From Bispira polyomma (lineage: Eukaryota), in assembly GCA_965649765.1 (NCBI GenBank), contig OZ287752.1:27094001-27158000 (forward strand): DNA of 64,000 bases, written 5' to 3'. Within the stretch, counting starts at the first letter, position 1, and each line of letters begins with the position of its first letter. Both the position numbers and the translations under genes were made by a program. A model generated the notes under the pieces. The model ran no database searches, was not told where the DNA came from, and was given only the letters and a program-made list of their open reading frames with translations. Shown here piece after piece: positions 1 to 13,201 of this stretch.

Positions 1-759
1 TCAGATAGCCTTAACTTATTTAAGTCTGAGGTTGATTTCATTGAAAGGCATATTGACCATTTTCAAATGGCAAACTTCAAAAATATCTTTAGTGGGCCAC
101 TAAAGTTTTGCTAAAATTTATTTTCGAATTATTTAAAAGTAGTCCTTTTGAAAGTATGTGACTTTATTTGAGTGTTTTTTTTTTAAAAACTGTAAAAAAA
201 TGCATGTTTTTGCGGTCGTAATAATTGAGGTGAATTTTTTTTAGAAAAAGCTAATGGCCCATTAGCTATACAGTTGTTAAAACTAAGTTTATGACTGTCT
301 TTTACTATATATCAGGTACATGTTCATATAGTGCTTTAATAGCCAAAAAAACAAAACAAAGAGAGACAGAGAAGTGCTTAAAGCTTTACAATTTCATCAT
401 TAAATGTAATTTGTTGTTTATGGTCTTCAAGTTAGTATCAATCAGACAATGTTTGCAATAAAATATCTATAGAGTTTATCAATACTGAGACCAAAGTGGT
501 AAATTTGCACCTAATGATGTTGATTTGGCAGACAGCTCTTGTAACTGTGGGTAGAAATATTAGGTGCCATAAATTCATTCGAGTAAGTTGCCGGTTAAAG
601 GTGGGGCGTGTCCCTTCCTAGACCAATTTGGCCACAGTGTAGTTGCAGGATGGTTGAAACTAGTTTTGGGCTTCTAAATTCTGCATCAATAAACGTTAAT
701 GTTTGAAATGTTTTCTATAAAAATTTAAAAAATCAGCAATTTGGATCTACAGCCGAGTA

Positions 760-953
760 CAGTAGAACCTCTATTATCCAAACATGTTGGAAGAGCAAGA
801 GATTGTTTGGATAATAGGAGGTTCATACAATAGAAAGGCCCTTTATTATGAAACAATAGGAAATAATACTTTTGGAGAGTGGAAATGTATTCATAAAATC
901 GAATATTTATATAATAGAAATTAGTTGTACTGTAGATAGAAGAAGTTGTACTG
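760..953. mobile_element. Tc1/mariner(pogo/Tigger)-like MITE family 1, TIR CAGTAGAACCTCTATTATCC (others ~4542-4716, 13288-13470, 17020-17170, 17560-17719, 25020-25150, 32748-33090, 37346-37486, 60834-)
   Basis: Recurrent CAGTAGAACCTCTATTATCC / GGATAATAGAGGTTCTACTG ends, often TA-flanked. Confidence 0.8.
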
Positions 954-2477
954 TGTCTTGTCAGAAGTAAATAGATGTAGTGATGAAAAAACTTAAAAAT
1001 TGAAAAAAAAACAAAAAAAAAACAGCCTTCAGAACTTACAAGTAGAGGCAGGTGTAAAATTCTTTGATATGATATTTTACTGTGATATTTATGTAAGAAT
1101 ATTAGCACAGTGATTTGAACCAGTTTGAATTCAGTTGTCAAACAGAAACCTGTTATTCCCTAAACTTGAAAGTGTAAATATATGTAGGTTTATAGTCTGA
1201 TATCACTCCTACTGAGGTGTCATCCGACTTTACAATTTACACCCCCAGCCTGAGTTCTTCCACTTGTCAACCATTTGTTCAGTTGTAGTTCCCTCAGGAA
1301 GCATACTTGCCATGCTGCCACATATGGCGCAAAGACGAGCACTCATTAGGGACATTTTGTCCAAGGGTACAATCACCAGGCCAGCAGTGAGGATAGAACC
1401 TGCACCCTCAGATCCAAAGTCACATTCAAGGAGCTGGAACAATCATTATATACAGTATTCATAGCAAACAATGATGGCTGTCCCTATTATTATTATTTGT
1501 CCATCGTAACCAGGCAACTCGCCTGAAAACCCCCCTGCACTTTTGATGTATCGCATGACATTGAGAGAAGACGTGTTGTCTCTTATAAACAGTTGATGTG
1601 GGGGGGTGGGGGGCAGTGTTTGGTGTAGTAGTAGTAGTAGACTAGTGGTAGTAGAGAAGTACATCACAGCAGTACAAAGATATCCCTTCAGCTGGGTAAA
1701 AACTCACCCAGTGGCCAGTAGTGCTAATGGATCTATTTTGGTGTAATCAGTGTAATGTACCTCATTGCTTAATGAACTAATGAGCTATCTATTGATCCAT
1801 AATGAATGCTGCTGCTTCTGCCTTGTGTAGCTTGTGATAACACTTACCCCCTCCCCCCACCTCTCTCTCTCTCCCCACCTCTCTCCCTCCTCCTGCCCAG
1901 TACCATAAACTATCCACCTGACTCAGCTGGCCTGTGATGGAACATCTTATGTTTTAAGTATCCATTATTCAGGAAGTGTTGTTGGTCCCTGGACTTGGTG
2001 GAGGTTTTCTGTTTGGTTTTTGTGGCCTTTCCTTATCTCTTTGGAGCTTCTTATGTGTGTGTTCCTTTACACTCAGCTGGATAATGTACTTACTCTTAGT
2101 TTCATTTTGTCCAGTTAGGCGTAGGCTTTCCAAGAAAGATTGTCCCCTGTTTTAAAAATTAATAAATACAGGTACTTCCTTGTTTATAAAAAAAATGAAG
2201 AGGATATCCAGTGAATAATAATAATAATAGTAAACCTTGTATATTTCTTTAAAACAGCAAATATTTTTGTGATGAATAATAACGCAAAAAAGATGGAAAA
2301 GATCTTTTTGAGACTGCAAACACAATATTTCACGAATCATGTGAACTTTCTACTGATAATATTGATGGGTTAGTCAATTTTAAATAGTTAGAAAATTGTC
2401 AGATTTACATGTATACTATTTCTTTTCATATCTATCAATATAAAAATGTTCCTAGGATCTGAGGCAAACTTGTATTC

Positions 2478-2712
2478 CAAACAAGAGTTGTCTTTTAAAA
2501 AATATATAGGCGCAGAATCTGAAATACACTTAACATTGATATGGCCACTATATACTCAGGCCCCAGGCTGCGCCTGATAACCAATCAATCTGACACCCTT
2601 CCGTTTGGCTGGGTCGATTGCTTCCAACCAATCTATGAAGGCCTTATATATTTTCTAAGATAGCAGCGCTCTTTACAGAATGAAAATAATATCAGGCTAT
2701 GCCTGATAAGAA
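2478..2712. mobile_element. Helentron-associated (HINE-like) short repeat (copies ~46368-46590, 53162-53360; reverse ~57115-57285, 59077-59300)
   Basis: AACAAGAGTTGTCTTTT terminus, CAATCCATGAAGGCCTTA core, terminal hairpin ATCAGGCT..GCCTGATAA; class assignment is inference. Confidence 0.65.
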
Positions 2713-3927
2713 AAGAGCAGGACAGAGTATCACATTTTCTGCCACTGACTGTATCAAATTCTCTTGAGTCCTGGTGTCTTGTTGGCTTGTAACAAGAAGA
2801 CACTGACCTTGATTTTGTTTATAGGGTTACACTAAGGTTCACTTGAAACTTTATACCAATTCCTAGTGCATTGGATTAATCTCTATATTTTTAATTAGAG
2901 AGGGTTTGCAGGATCCTGGATGCTGATGTCACTTTCATTGACAAATCTCTCTTCAATATGTTTTCAGATACAGTAAACTTGAGTGTACAAAAACCCAACC
3001 CTTGATCTGGTGCCATATGTCAGTGCTTTGATAATTAATTGAGTTTAAAAATAGAGTTATTAACACACTTTTACGTAGCCAAATTTTCTATTGTTTTAAA
3101 CTAAAATACATCTTCTTCTATAGGAAGTTTCAATTATCCAAACAAAATCTTGCTCTTCTTACATGTTCAAATAATACAAAAATAATTTACAAAATCCCAA
3201 TCTCCCAAGATATTTGGACAATTGAGGTTTGATTGTACAGTCGTATCTCTTTGTATCTTTATCGTCGAATAGCCAAGGACCAAGTGGTATCCTTTACTTA
3301 AGCAGGACTTCCATATAACAGGTTTTTCTTTACACAAAAGGAAACTAAACTTAACAATGTTTTACTTAAACTGATGATATGAAATGAAAGATGACATTTC
3401 TTCTGGCACACTTATACAACGAAAGGTAATTTCAAATGCACTTCCTCATGTGAAGCTACTACAGGGGCTGAGGCTTGCTTTAGGATGACTATTTATCAAC
3501 GTCCTGAAGGATCTAGAGATAGTACTCTGTGACAGAGGTCCACCATTTTAGTTGGTGATCTGAGCCACACAAAGGGATTGGACTGCACAGTGAATCCTCT
3601 GTTGGTGAACCCCTAATTAGAGAACACCTCCCTCAACACTTTCTCTTGGTCCTGTTTCACCATAAGTGAGTTTGTACAGTACCTCTGATTAGTGAACACC
3701 TATTTATAGTTTACAGTGAACCGCGGCTCTGACCTTGTGATTAAGAGCGGTGGCTTGACAATCACTGTCCTCTTACAACCAATGTGGGTTCGAATCCCAT
3801 TCGTTTATTCATGTGGGAAAGTTTGTCAGGTACTTTCAGCACTGGTTTCTCCAGTCTTAAATCTGGCCATCACAATATGACCTAAGCTGTTGCAAGTGAT
3901 GTAAAACCTGACTAAATTTAAAAATAA

Positions 3928-4209
<282 letters not shown>

Positions 4210-4880
4210 TAGATATCACCTTTTTGCACACATTAATTATCTCATATCAGTGTAGGGTCTTGCCTTGGAAGCTTAATGTATATGTTATTTAAATAACCAT
4301 CTAGCTTTGAAAGAATTTGTAATTTTCTGTTCTCATGTGATGCAGTTAGGTATTGCAGTTTTACAAAGTAAGGTTTTGCTTATGTTTAAAATGAAGTTAA
4401 ATTAAATTAAAAAAAACCCTGACCCTGTAAATATATAAATATCGTCACAACTTTGAGTACTCTCATAGTTTATATGCACTATTGATAAACATTGGGTTGA
4501 ACAATATGGCAGGGATTATTGTCAAGAAAAATGCCTATATACAGTAGAACCTCTATTTTATGGACATCTTGGATGAGTGAAAATAATAGAAGGTCCGTGA
4601 AATAGAAGTGGCATTTTAGCATCAAACAATAGCCAAACTTAGGTTTGAGAGAGTGACATTGAGTTCATCAAATCGAATATCCAGATAATAGAGGGTCGGA
4701 TTATAGAGATTCAATTATATATTTATAAATATGATGCCTAACTTTAGAAAAATAATGTCAGATTGTGGTTTTTGGAGCCCAAAAACAGGGGCCGATGTTG
4801 CTTATAACACCTTGAACACACTTGCGTGTATTAATATTCTAGAAAGGGATATGTTGTGATATATAATTTTTGTGTTACAG

Positions 4881-4918
4881 GGATCTCAAGCCAGAGAACA
4901 TATTATTAGATGACTTTG
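4881..4918 (+). CDS. GRK5: GRK exon B, 38 nt (R-DLKPENILLDDF-G, catalytic loop)
   Basis: ttacag|G...G|gtgagt; phases match neighbours; DLKPEN motif. Confidence 0.96.
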
Positions 4919-5876
4919 GTGAGTTTAAATATAACAAATTAACAATATGGTTAAATGTTACAATATTAGTGTCATTTTCAACCTAAGACTAAATATTACT
5001 AAATATTTCATTGTTGTTAAAGTGTGTCCCCAAAATCACTGCATGGGCAGGACTTGCTTTAATGTTTGCAAAATATAGTGCAATATGTATTGTGAATATG
5101 ACTAGAATATTGCAATATATCGCGATATGATTTCTAGGCAGTAGGTTCCAAATAGCTAAAGTCATTAAACGACACACCACACACTATCTTTTGAACAGCA
5201 GAGTCTGCTTTACTAACAATTTCCTACTGCAGGCAACTGAAGGAAAATAATATAATATTTTAGGGGTGTCGACTGCTTGCAAACAACAAAGTAGTTAAAA
5301 GAGTTAATAGGCAGTATAAAAAGCATGCAATTAAACATTTAAAACACTTCAGTAAAAATCGTTCTGAAACGGTCATCCTTATAAGGTACATGAATTGTCA
5401 CTCCAAATAATATTTGTGACAGTAAACAGTTTTATGGCTGTACAGAAATAACAATTATAATAAGCAGTTGCCTTATTTGAATTAAAAAAAAATAATAATC
5501 GGCTTGAGTTAATCAATCTACATACACAAAAGATTACAATTCAGTGGGATTCTATAAAGCTTAGTTGGGCCGTGTGTGGGAAGTTTAGTGCACTTACGTA
5601 GTTTTTACATACACCATTGTCAATTAATCCCCCCCCCCCCATGTCTTTTATAAGACTTCACAGGATAATAGAAAGTAGATCAGAATCATGAAGTGGGTCA
5701 GTTTTTCATAAGCACAATTAAAATGTCTGTAACTGTAAAAACATACAACCTCTGTAAATCTACTGAAACAGGCCAGGATTTAACATGCAAGTTTTGAAGT
5801 CAAATAAAGTGGGTTCATTTTATCAGTAGAATAATTTATTGTGAGTTAAAAAATCTACCCACTTCAGGACTCCTTG

Positions 5877-6295
5877 GGCTGTATTCACAAACACACTTAG
5901 CCAAGTCGTGGGCTTAAATCTAGCACAACAGTATACAAGATTTAAGCTTACGAGTTGGCTAATGGTACGTTCGAGCAGCCTCGTGAATATGGTAATTATG
6001 ACTGGTGAGCTCGTGATTACCAACGAGGCGTGAATTTCTCTATAATGTAGTAAATATGAAGAAAAAGTCCAACCGACTGTATTTAATTAAATTATTAGAA
6101 TGATTTATGTGGATAATATGTGATAAAAATCTCTGTCATAATAAAACGCCAAGCAAATTTCCTTACTGGCCGCCATTTTGCCAGTGTTTTGGGGTGTTTG
6201 GCCGTTCTTGGCGTTATTTACGAGGTGTGAGTTGGTAAATACGGCTCGGAACAATGACACGAACGGCCCATTGGTCCATTGGTGAATAGGGGCCC
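5877..6295. mobile_element. PIF/Harbinger-type non-autonomous element (short related copy ~6391-6500)
   Basis: GGCTGTATTCAC ... GTGAATAGGGGCCC ends with 3-bp TSD TTG. Confidence 0.65.
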
Positions 6296-7157
6296 TTGAC
6301 TTTATGTTACACTGGGTAATTGGTAAACACTAATGTTTCAGATATATGGAAATACTCAAACCCCCTTTGCTTTGTTTATCTTTAACAATTGCCCCTGTAT
6401 CCACCAACACACTCAGCCAAGTCTTAGGCTCAAATCTAGTATACTTTTGTGTTAGATTTAAGACTAACACTTGGCTAAGTCCATTAGTGAATAACAGGCC
6501 CAGAGTAACAAAGTGCTGTTACATCAAAACTAGTCTTCCAAATTGGTATCTTAAAAGATATCTGAATTAATGTCTGTATTCAATAATCAATAAACCAGAA
6601 TTTGAAATGACACACTTTATGTAAATGTTTTCATTATGAACTTGGTATTCAAGTATTGTAAATCTCTCTATTGAGCGCCATTGTTAAAGTTGTACACCTG
6701 TTAGTAGCTTAAAACACTTTGCAATATTTCCAAGTATTCGGTGCTTGTTTCTTGTCTATTGTCCCAAGTCTTCTCATAGACCTTATAACCGTTAAAAGAT
6801 CACTAGGTGTGTGTAATGCATTATGGGTAAAGCATGCCCCCCCTCCCTTATTTGACATACAATGGTCAATATGCATGCATTGCCATTAATCTAAATGTGT
6901 CACAATCATTTGCCTAGAAATAAAATAAAAAACTTAAAACCATAGTCGAAACTTTTTATTATCCATTCTTCTGTTATCCAAAGATTAAAGTTTATGAACT
7001 CATTTTGACTTTAAAATAAACATAATTCCGCCTGTTTGTACTGTAATACCTCTTAGATTTCACAAACAATATATTATCCAAATAGATTTATCTTAATCTT
7101 CCAAGGTGTTTGGATGTTATTGTCTGTCTGTCACTTTCCCATTATAACTGATGGTGA

Positions 7158-7367
<210 letters not shown>

Positions 7368-9312
7368 TAGTTGTGACATCACACACAAAGATTGGAGGGG
7401 AAGGTGGGGATGGTTGAGGGGAGGGCTATAACGAGTAGTAAGCTTTGTAACCCAGTAGTCTCTAACCATTAAGTCTACTCTTTAACAATTGCTCTTTTAG
7501 AACCTGCAATGATTTTTGTTTAAAAGTTACAGAGGATGACTAAATTGAGATCAATTTTATCCGAATAATTATAAAACCTTGAAGTAAGTAGTACTTTGAC
7601 ATCACACACAAAGATTAGGGGGGAGGAGATGTGGGTGTGGGTGGGGGTGGGAGTGTTATTGGAGGGGTAGAGGTCTATTTATGAGCTATATTTACAATTG
7701 CCTGTGTACTACAACATGCTACTATGATTTTCACACATTTAAAGAATGGTTAGAACAGTTTTGTGATGTAATTCTTTATATAAGTTGTAGATACTAAAAT
7801 TCTATTTTTTCTGAAGTGAAGAATCATGGCTCCTTGTGTTACCTTGAAAAAGTATTGTTAATAGCTTTAATCCAGAAAGGTTTTTTGTTCAAAAGTAGTA
7901 CTGTATACTGGTAGTTGAAAGAAATGTTTATTTGTAAATTCTGTCAGTAGTTGTATAATGCAATTGATTAGCCACACAGTTGAACTCCTTTAGGTAGTGA
8001 CTCAAGTGCCCAGGATTTTCACTTAACAAGGTAGAATTTCAATAAAAAGGTGTATGTAGAACAGTCGATTTTCCCAACATAGAAGGGAATTTGACTTGAC
8101 AAGAGTTTTACTTGAAGGGGTTTAACAGTGTATTTGTTGGATGATTTTTTTTCTAATTGTTTGTGTAAGAAACTGATTGAAAGTTACTTGTGGTGAGTCA
8201 AATGAGAATCCTTTTTTTAGCTCTATCATAAACTGACTACAAAAGATCTCTGAAGTTATTATCTGTAAATATAGTGTCCATTGGTTCTTATGAAACCGTG
8301 CAATCATGGTCTTATTTTACCCAAAGGCTGTGGGGTTATGGCATCTCAATGCTATTTTCTTTAAAGTACCTAAGAGTTTAAGTGAAGGTAAATCTCAGAT
8401 ATGTGGTTCTATGAAGCCATAGGAAAGTGACTACTATAAAAGGTAGAAATTTGTTCATAAAAGCGAATTTGTCAGTAATGGAAGGTACTTAAATAAAAGG
8501 TTCTTTCGTGTCTGTTACATGTACAGTGTTCTTATTACTGTATCTATTGTCATAAAGTTTTCTACGTATCGTGACTAAAAATGAAAAAAGTGTGATCACA
8601 TTGTTGTAAAGAAATTCATTTGTGTTGAGTAAATTTCTACTTTTAACTATTTCAAATAGGGTATCTTTAGTAGTAGTATAAATTGAGATTTAAATATTAA
8701 TTGAATTTTGTGAGTGAAATAATTCCTGTTTTGGATTGTTTTTTTTTCAGCCCTCTAGGTATTTCTGTCTGTGCCTTTTGTTATGCTTATGATGTATAAC
8801 TCTGTGTGAATGTTCATTGTTCATGTAATCTGTATAAACAAATAAAGTCACAAATTAATTTTACTACATTTGTCAGATTGTACTTTTTGACCTCCATTGG
8901 AGAGATAAATCATTAGACCTGTTTTATTTTAATACATATAACACGCCACATATTTAAGTGAAGTTTATTAATACTAAATCATTAGTTTAAGCCACCTACT
9001 GGGAGTAAAGGGGTTTAAAGTTTGAAGTATCGGGGGCAAATTAACATGTCAGTTTCAGTTTCATTTTCTGAAAGTCATACCTTAGCCATATCATACAGAG
9101 GCAGAAGGTTCTGCAGTAGATGATAAAATAAACAAATTCTTATTTATTTCTGGGATAATATATATATATCATATCAAAAATAAAAAATAATTATGTAAAA
9201 TATCTATTTTTCTGTGAGCAAAATAAAACTAATGTAGACATTCTTCATCAACTGCAGGACAGTTTAACATAAAACTAGCAATGTTAATATTTTTATTAAA
9301 ATTATGATTGTA

Positions 9313-9600
9313 GAGGCTGGATCTAGAGCTTTCTCTATTTCTGCCCCTGTGTTATGGAATAGTCTCGCTGTTGAGCTCAGATCGCTTAAAACACTTTCTG
9401 GTTTTAGAAAAAAAGCTCAAAACCTATCTCTTCAAAGTCTCCTACCTTTAGTCCCTCCCTGTACACTCCCACATACTTCCTTACGACCGTGGCCATGTTT
9501 TTGAACTTCTTTATTTGTTCACTGATTCGCTTTAGACGGTGACTTACATCAATATGTCGTGTTAAAATCCAATACCAATAAAATACACTATAATTTTGGT
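9313..9600 (+). mobile_element. L2/CR1-clade LINE 3' fragment (same family at ~43535-43795 on -)
   Basis: GSRAFSISAPVLWNSLAVELR..FRKK (then LKTYLFK after a frameshift) is the typical L2/CR1 ORF2 C-terminus. Confidence 0.8.
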
Positions 9601-10303
9601 TTAGTGTTATTACTCTTTTACCATGTTGAAGATATACTCATCTTGATAATACTAATCATTCTCCCCCTGGTTTTCTATGTTTTAAAGTAACAGCTGTACT
9701 TTGCATTGTCAACAATGTTACATGGTGTTGCATTATGTTGTTTTCCACATTTATAAAAATGTTCCAATGACAGAAAAATTTTACAATACAATTTTCTGTT
9801 CACGGCTGCTTTGTTGTAAATATGTATCTTGTATATAATTAACATACTACTGACAGATTTGTTTTTACACCATGCATGAAAGAAAAATTAATAAATTTAA
9901 GAAGTTTGTGTATATTTTTGAATATGAAAGTATATTACAACTTAACTAAAGTGTAGTTGTGGGAAAGTTTTGCAATGACACAGTTTACAATAAAGGTGAT
10001 TTACTATTGTCTGTATCATCAAGGTTACGGACATATTAATAGCAATAGCCAAAACTGTGTTGATTTAAAAAAAGGTATATTTAAACAATATTGATAAAAA
10101 CTGAATCCTCTGCTATTATTCAATTTCTTGAAATTTAGTTACAGTTTTAAATAATAACATACTTTTGTGCTTAAGTATTCTGATACTAATCCACCTGTTG
10201 ATCAGGCCTCAACATTTTACCAATGTTGAACATTATGGTATAAATGTCTTATAAATTCCCCCAGTTATCTTTGTGATTATGGGTATTCATAGTGTGATAT
10301 TTA

Positions 10304-10535
10304 TGCGGTGGCCCAGAAGTTGGAAGCATTAGATTCACAATCACTGGCCTCTCACCAATGTGGGCTCGACTCCCATTTGCTCCTTCATGTGGAAAAGTTT
10401 GTCAGGTACTTGCCGTGGGCCTGTGGTTTATAGTGCTTCAGCACTGTTTTCTTTCACCAATTATTCTTTCCATTGTGATATGACCTTAGTTGTTGAAAGT
10501 GACATAAACCCTTAAGTCGAATTTAAACTAAACCC
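10304..10535 (+). mobile_element. Older SINE related to family A (similar copies ~3745-3930, 12533-12745, 26070-26240, 58772-58930 on +; ~50828-51030, 56668-56820, 57470-57700 on -)
   Basis: Shared cores CACAATCACTGGCCTCTCACCAATGTGG, CATGTGGGAAAGTTTGTCAGGTACTT and GTTGAAAGTGACRTAAA; degenerate, boundaries approximate. Confidence 0.75.
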
Positions 10536-10546
10536 AAGGTAGTAAG

Positions 10547-11085
10547 TAGTGCTGGGACGAGTTGACGGTAACTCGAGTCGGGACTCGGTGGGCGATATAT
10601 AGGGAAACATCGAGTACTAAAAGTCAAGATCGAGTTGCACTCTCAAATATGGCCAAAATCTTCAATGATTTACTACCTTCATAATAAAGGTTATTTTAAT
10701 TATTATTAGTTGTTTTATTGCTTACCATAACAAGTTTTTTCCCTGATCTTACTTGCAACTTTACTTTGTGATGTTTAACAGACATAAACAACGTCACACT
10801 TGACGTAACAGCCGGTATACCTTAAACAGCGTTCATACGAGCATTGATTATTTCATATTATTTCATTATTTTAAGTATCTTTTTATATTATAATGTTTAA
10901 ATAAACCTATAATGGATTAAAATGATTGGTATAAATCACAATCATCTCAGCATATGTAAAAACTACCTGGACAAGTATCATAATATACATCTCACATACA
11001 TTTCACACTCGAGTCGACTCGAGTTCAACTCAGTCCGCAGACTTCGATCCTCGATTTCGAAACACTGCCTCTGATCCCAGCATTA
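10547..11085. mobile_element. hAT-type non-autonomous DNA transposon
   Basis: TIR TAGTGCTGGGA / TCCCAGCATTA; perfect 8-bp TSD GTAGTAAG at 10539-10546 and 11086-11093; subterminal (C)TCGAG repeats. Confidence 0.9.
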
Positions 11086-11182
11086 GTAGTAAGAGTACGG
11101 TGTTATCTCTAGTATAAGATCAGATTGCTGGTAGATACTTGAGTAACTGATGTATTAGTGTATGTTTTTTCTTTCTGTATCT

Positions 11183-11575
<393 letters not shown>

Positions 11576-12145
11576 TAGAATTGTAGTATGTCATTTGCAT
11601 TAACTGTCGCCCACACAGACTTGATGCAGCAGTCAGTGCATCGAAAAACTAATTTTAACCAAATAAAGTGCTGTTACGTACCTAAACTCAACTATTTTGA
11701 TTAGGTTTTCCGCCATACATAACTTTAAATTTAAATGTAAGGTTGACATAAAGCTACAATTTTACATATCTTATTATATATATTTTCCTTGGTGACAATG
11801 TACTTCTGGGGGTGGATACTAAAATTCGGCAAACAGTAGCGAAAGTTAGCCATAAGTAAAACCAGGTATACTGTAAACCAAGTAAATTAGTTACTCGAGG
11901 GGTTGTTTTAACTTAACAATGGCCCTATCCTACTATCCTATTTGTGGGACTACAAATTTTTGACCACATAAAAGAGCAATCGACTTAAAGAGGCTTAATG
12001 GGGCTTAAAGGGGTTTGACTCTATTTAATGTTGTCGTTGATTTGAACTCAAAGAAACTGATTTTCAGATGCTATTTCTTCAGAAATAAATTCTATTTAAT
12101 TGTTTTCAAAATCTAGCTCTCATCTGTAAAACTTGGAAGTAATGA

Positions 12146-12325
<180 letters not shown>

Positions 12326-12813
12326 TAGTCAATGTTTTTTCTAAATCAGTTCCATTCCAGTTTTCAGTCTAAATGTTTTAATGTCATGTGACAATATTAG
12401 CTAATGCTTATGTTAGAATTTTCATACATAAAACATTTTGGTAAAAAATGGTCAAAAATTCATTCCTTGTGGACCATTCAATTGATGTAGTTATTTGATA
12501 AACATCGTAGTTTCTTGTTCACTTGAGTTATGTTGGCCTAGTAATTAGTAGCATTTCCTTCACAATCACTGGCCTCTTACCAATGTAGGTTCAAATCCTG
12601 TTTGTTCCTTCATGTGGGCAAGTTTGTCAGGTACTTGCCATAGGGTGGTGGTTTACAGTGCTTCACTGGTTTTTTCCACCATTGAATCTGGCCGTTGTAA
12701 TTTGGCCTAAGCGGTTGAAAGCACCATAAAAGTCTATTCTAAATTCTATACTGTACAGATACAGAGGAAGTCTTGCAAAGTACTTGAGTTTTATATTTCT
12801 TATACTGCACATA

Positions 12814-12988
12814 CAGTTAAACCCCTTTAAGTCCAACCTCAAGGGACCAGGAATAAAACCTCTACTTAAGCAGGATTTCCACTTAACAGAGTAGATTTTA
12901 TAGGAAAAGGCCTTCATGGGACTTCAAATTTATCTCCACTTAACAGGGAAAATGACTTAGCAGAGTTCTACTTAAAGGGGTTAGACTG
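12814..12988. mobile_element. Tc1/mariner-like MITE family 2, TIR CAGTTAAACCCCTTTAAG (others ~7977-8128, 11870-12020, 23980-24150, 24842-25017, 27405-27602)
   Basis: TA|CAGTTAAACCCCTTTAAGT ... ACTTAAAGGGGTTAGACTG|TA. Confidence 0.85.
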
Positions 12989-13066
12989 TAGATATATATA
13001 GGAAGTCTCACTTCATTGACTTCATTTTTCACTTAAGTTACACATTTATACTCTATTTTTATCCAG

Positions 13067-13201
13067 TTATTACAAAAAGAAGTGAAATCTCGGATGGGTT
13101 GTATTGGGGGTGCCAGGGATGTCAAAGCTCATATCCTCTTCAAACACATCAACTGGAAGCGGCTAGAGGCAGGCCTCCAGGACCCTCCCTTTGTACCAGA
13201 C
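13067..13201 (+). CDS. GRK5: GRK exon F (LLQKEVKSRMGCIGGARDVKAHILFKHINWKRLEAGLQDPPFVPD)
   Basis: atccag|TTA...GAC|gtaagt; start of the AGC C-tail (PPFVPD). Confidence 0.97.

Noticed and set aside
725-1141. 138-aa minus-strand ORF, the longest in the track
   Set aside because: Overlaps a MITE and AT-rich low-complexity intron; no recognisable domain.
2269-2358. Intronic C/D-box snoRNA (GTGATGA...CTGA)
   Set aside because: No convincing terminal stem or recognisable rRNA antisense element; such motifs are expected by chance.
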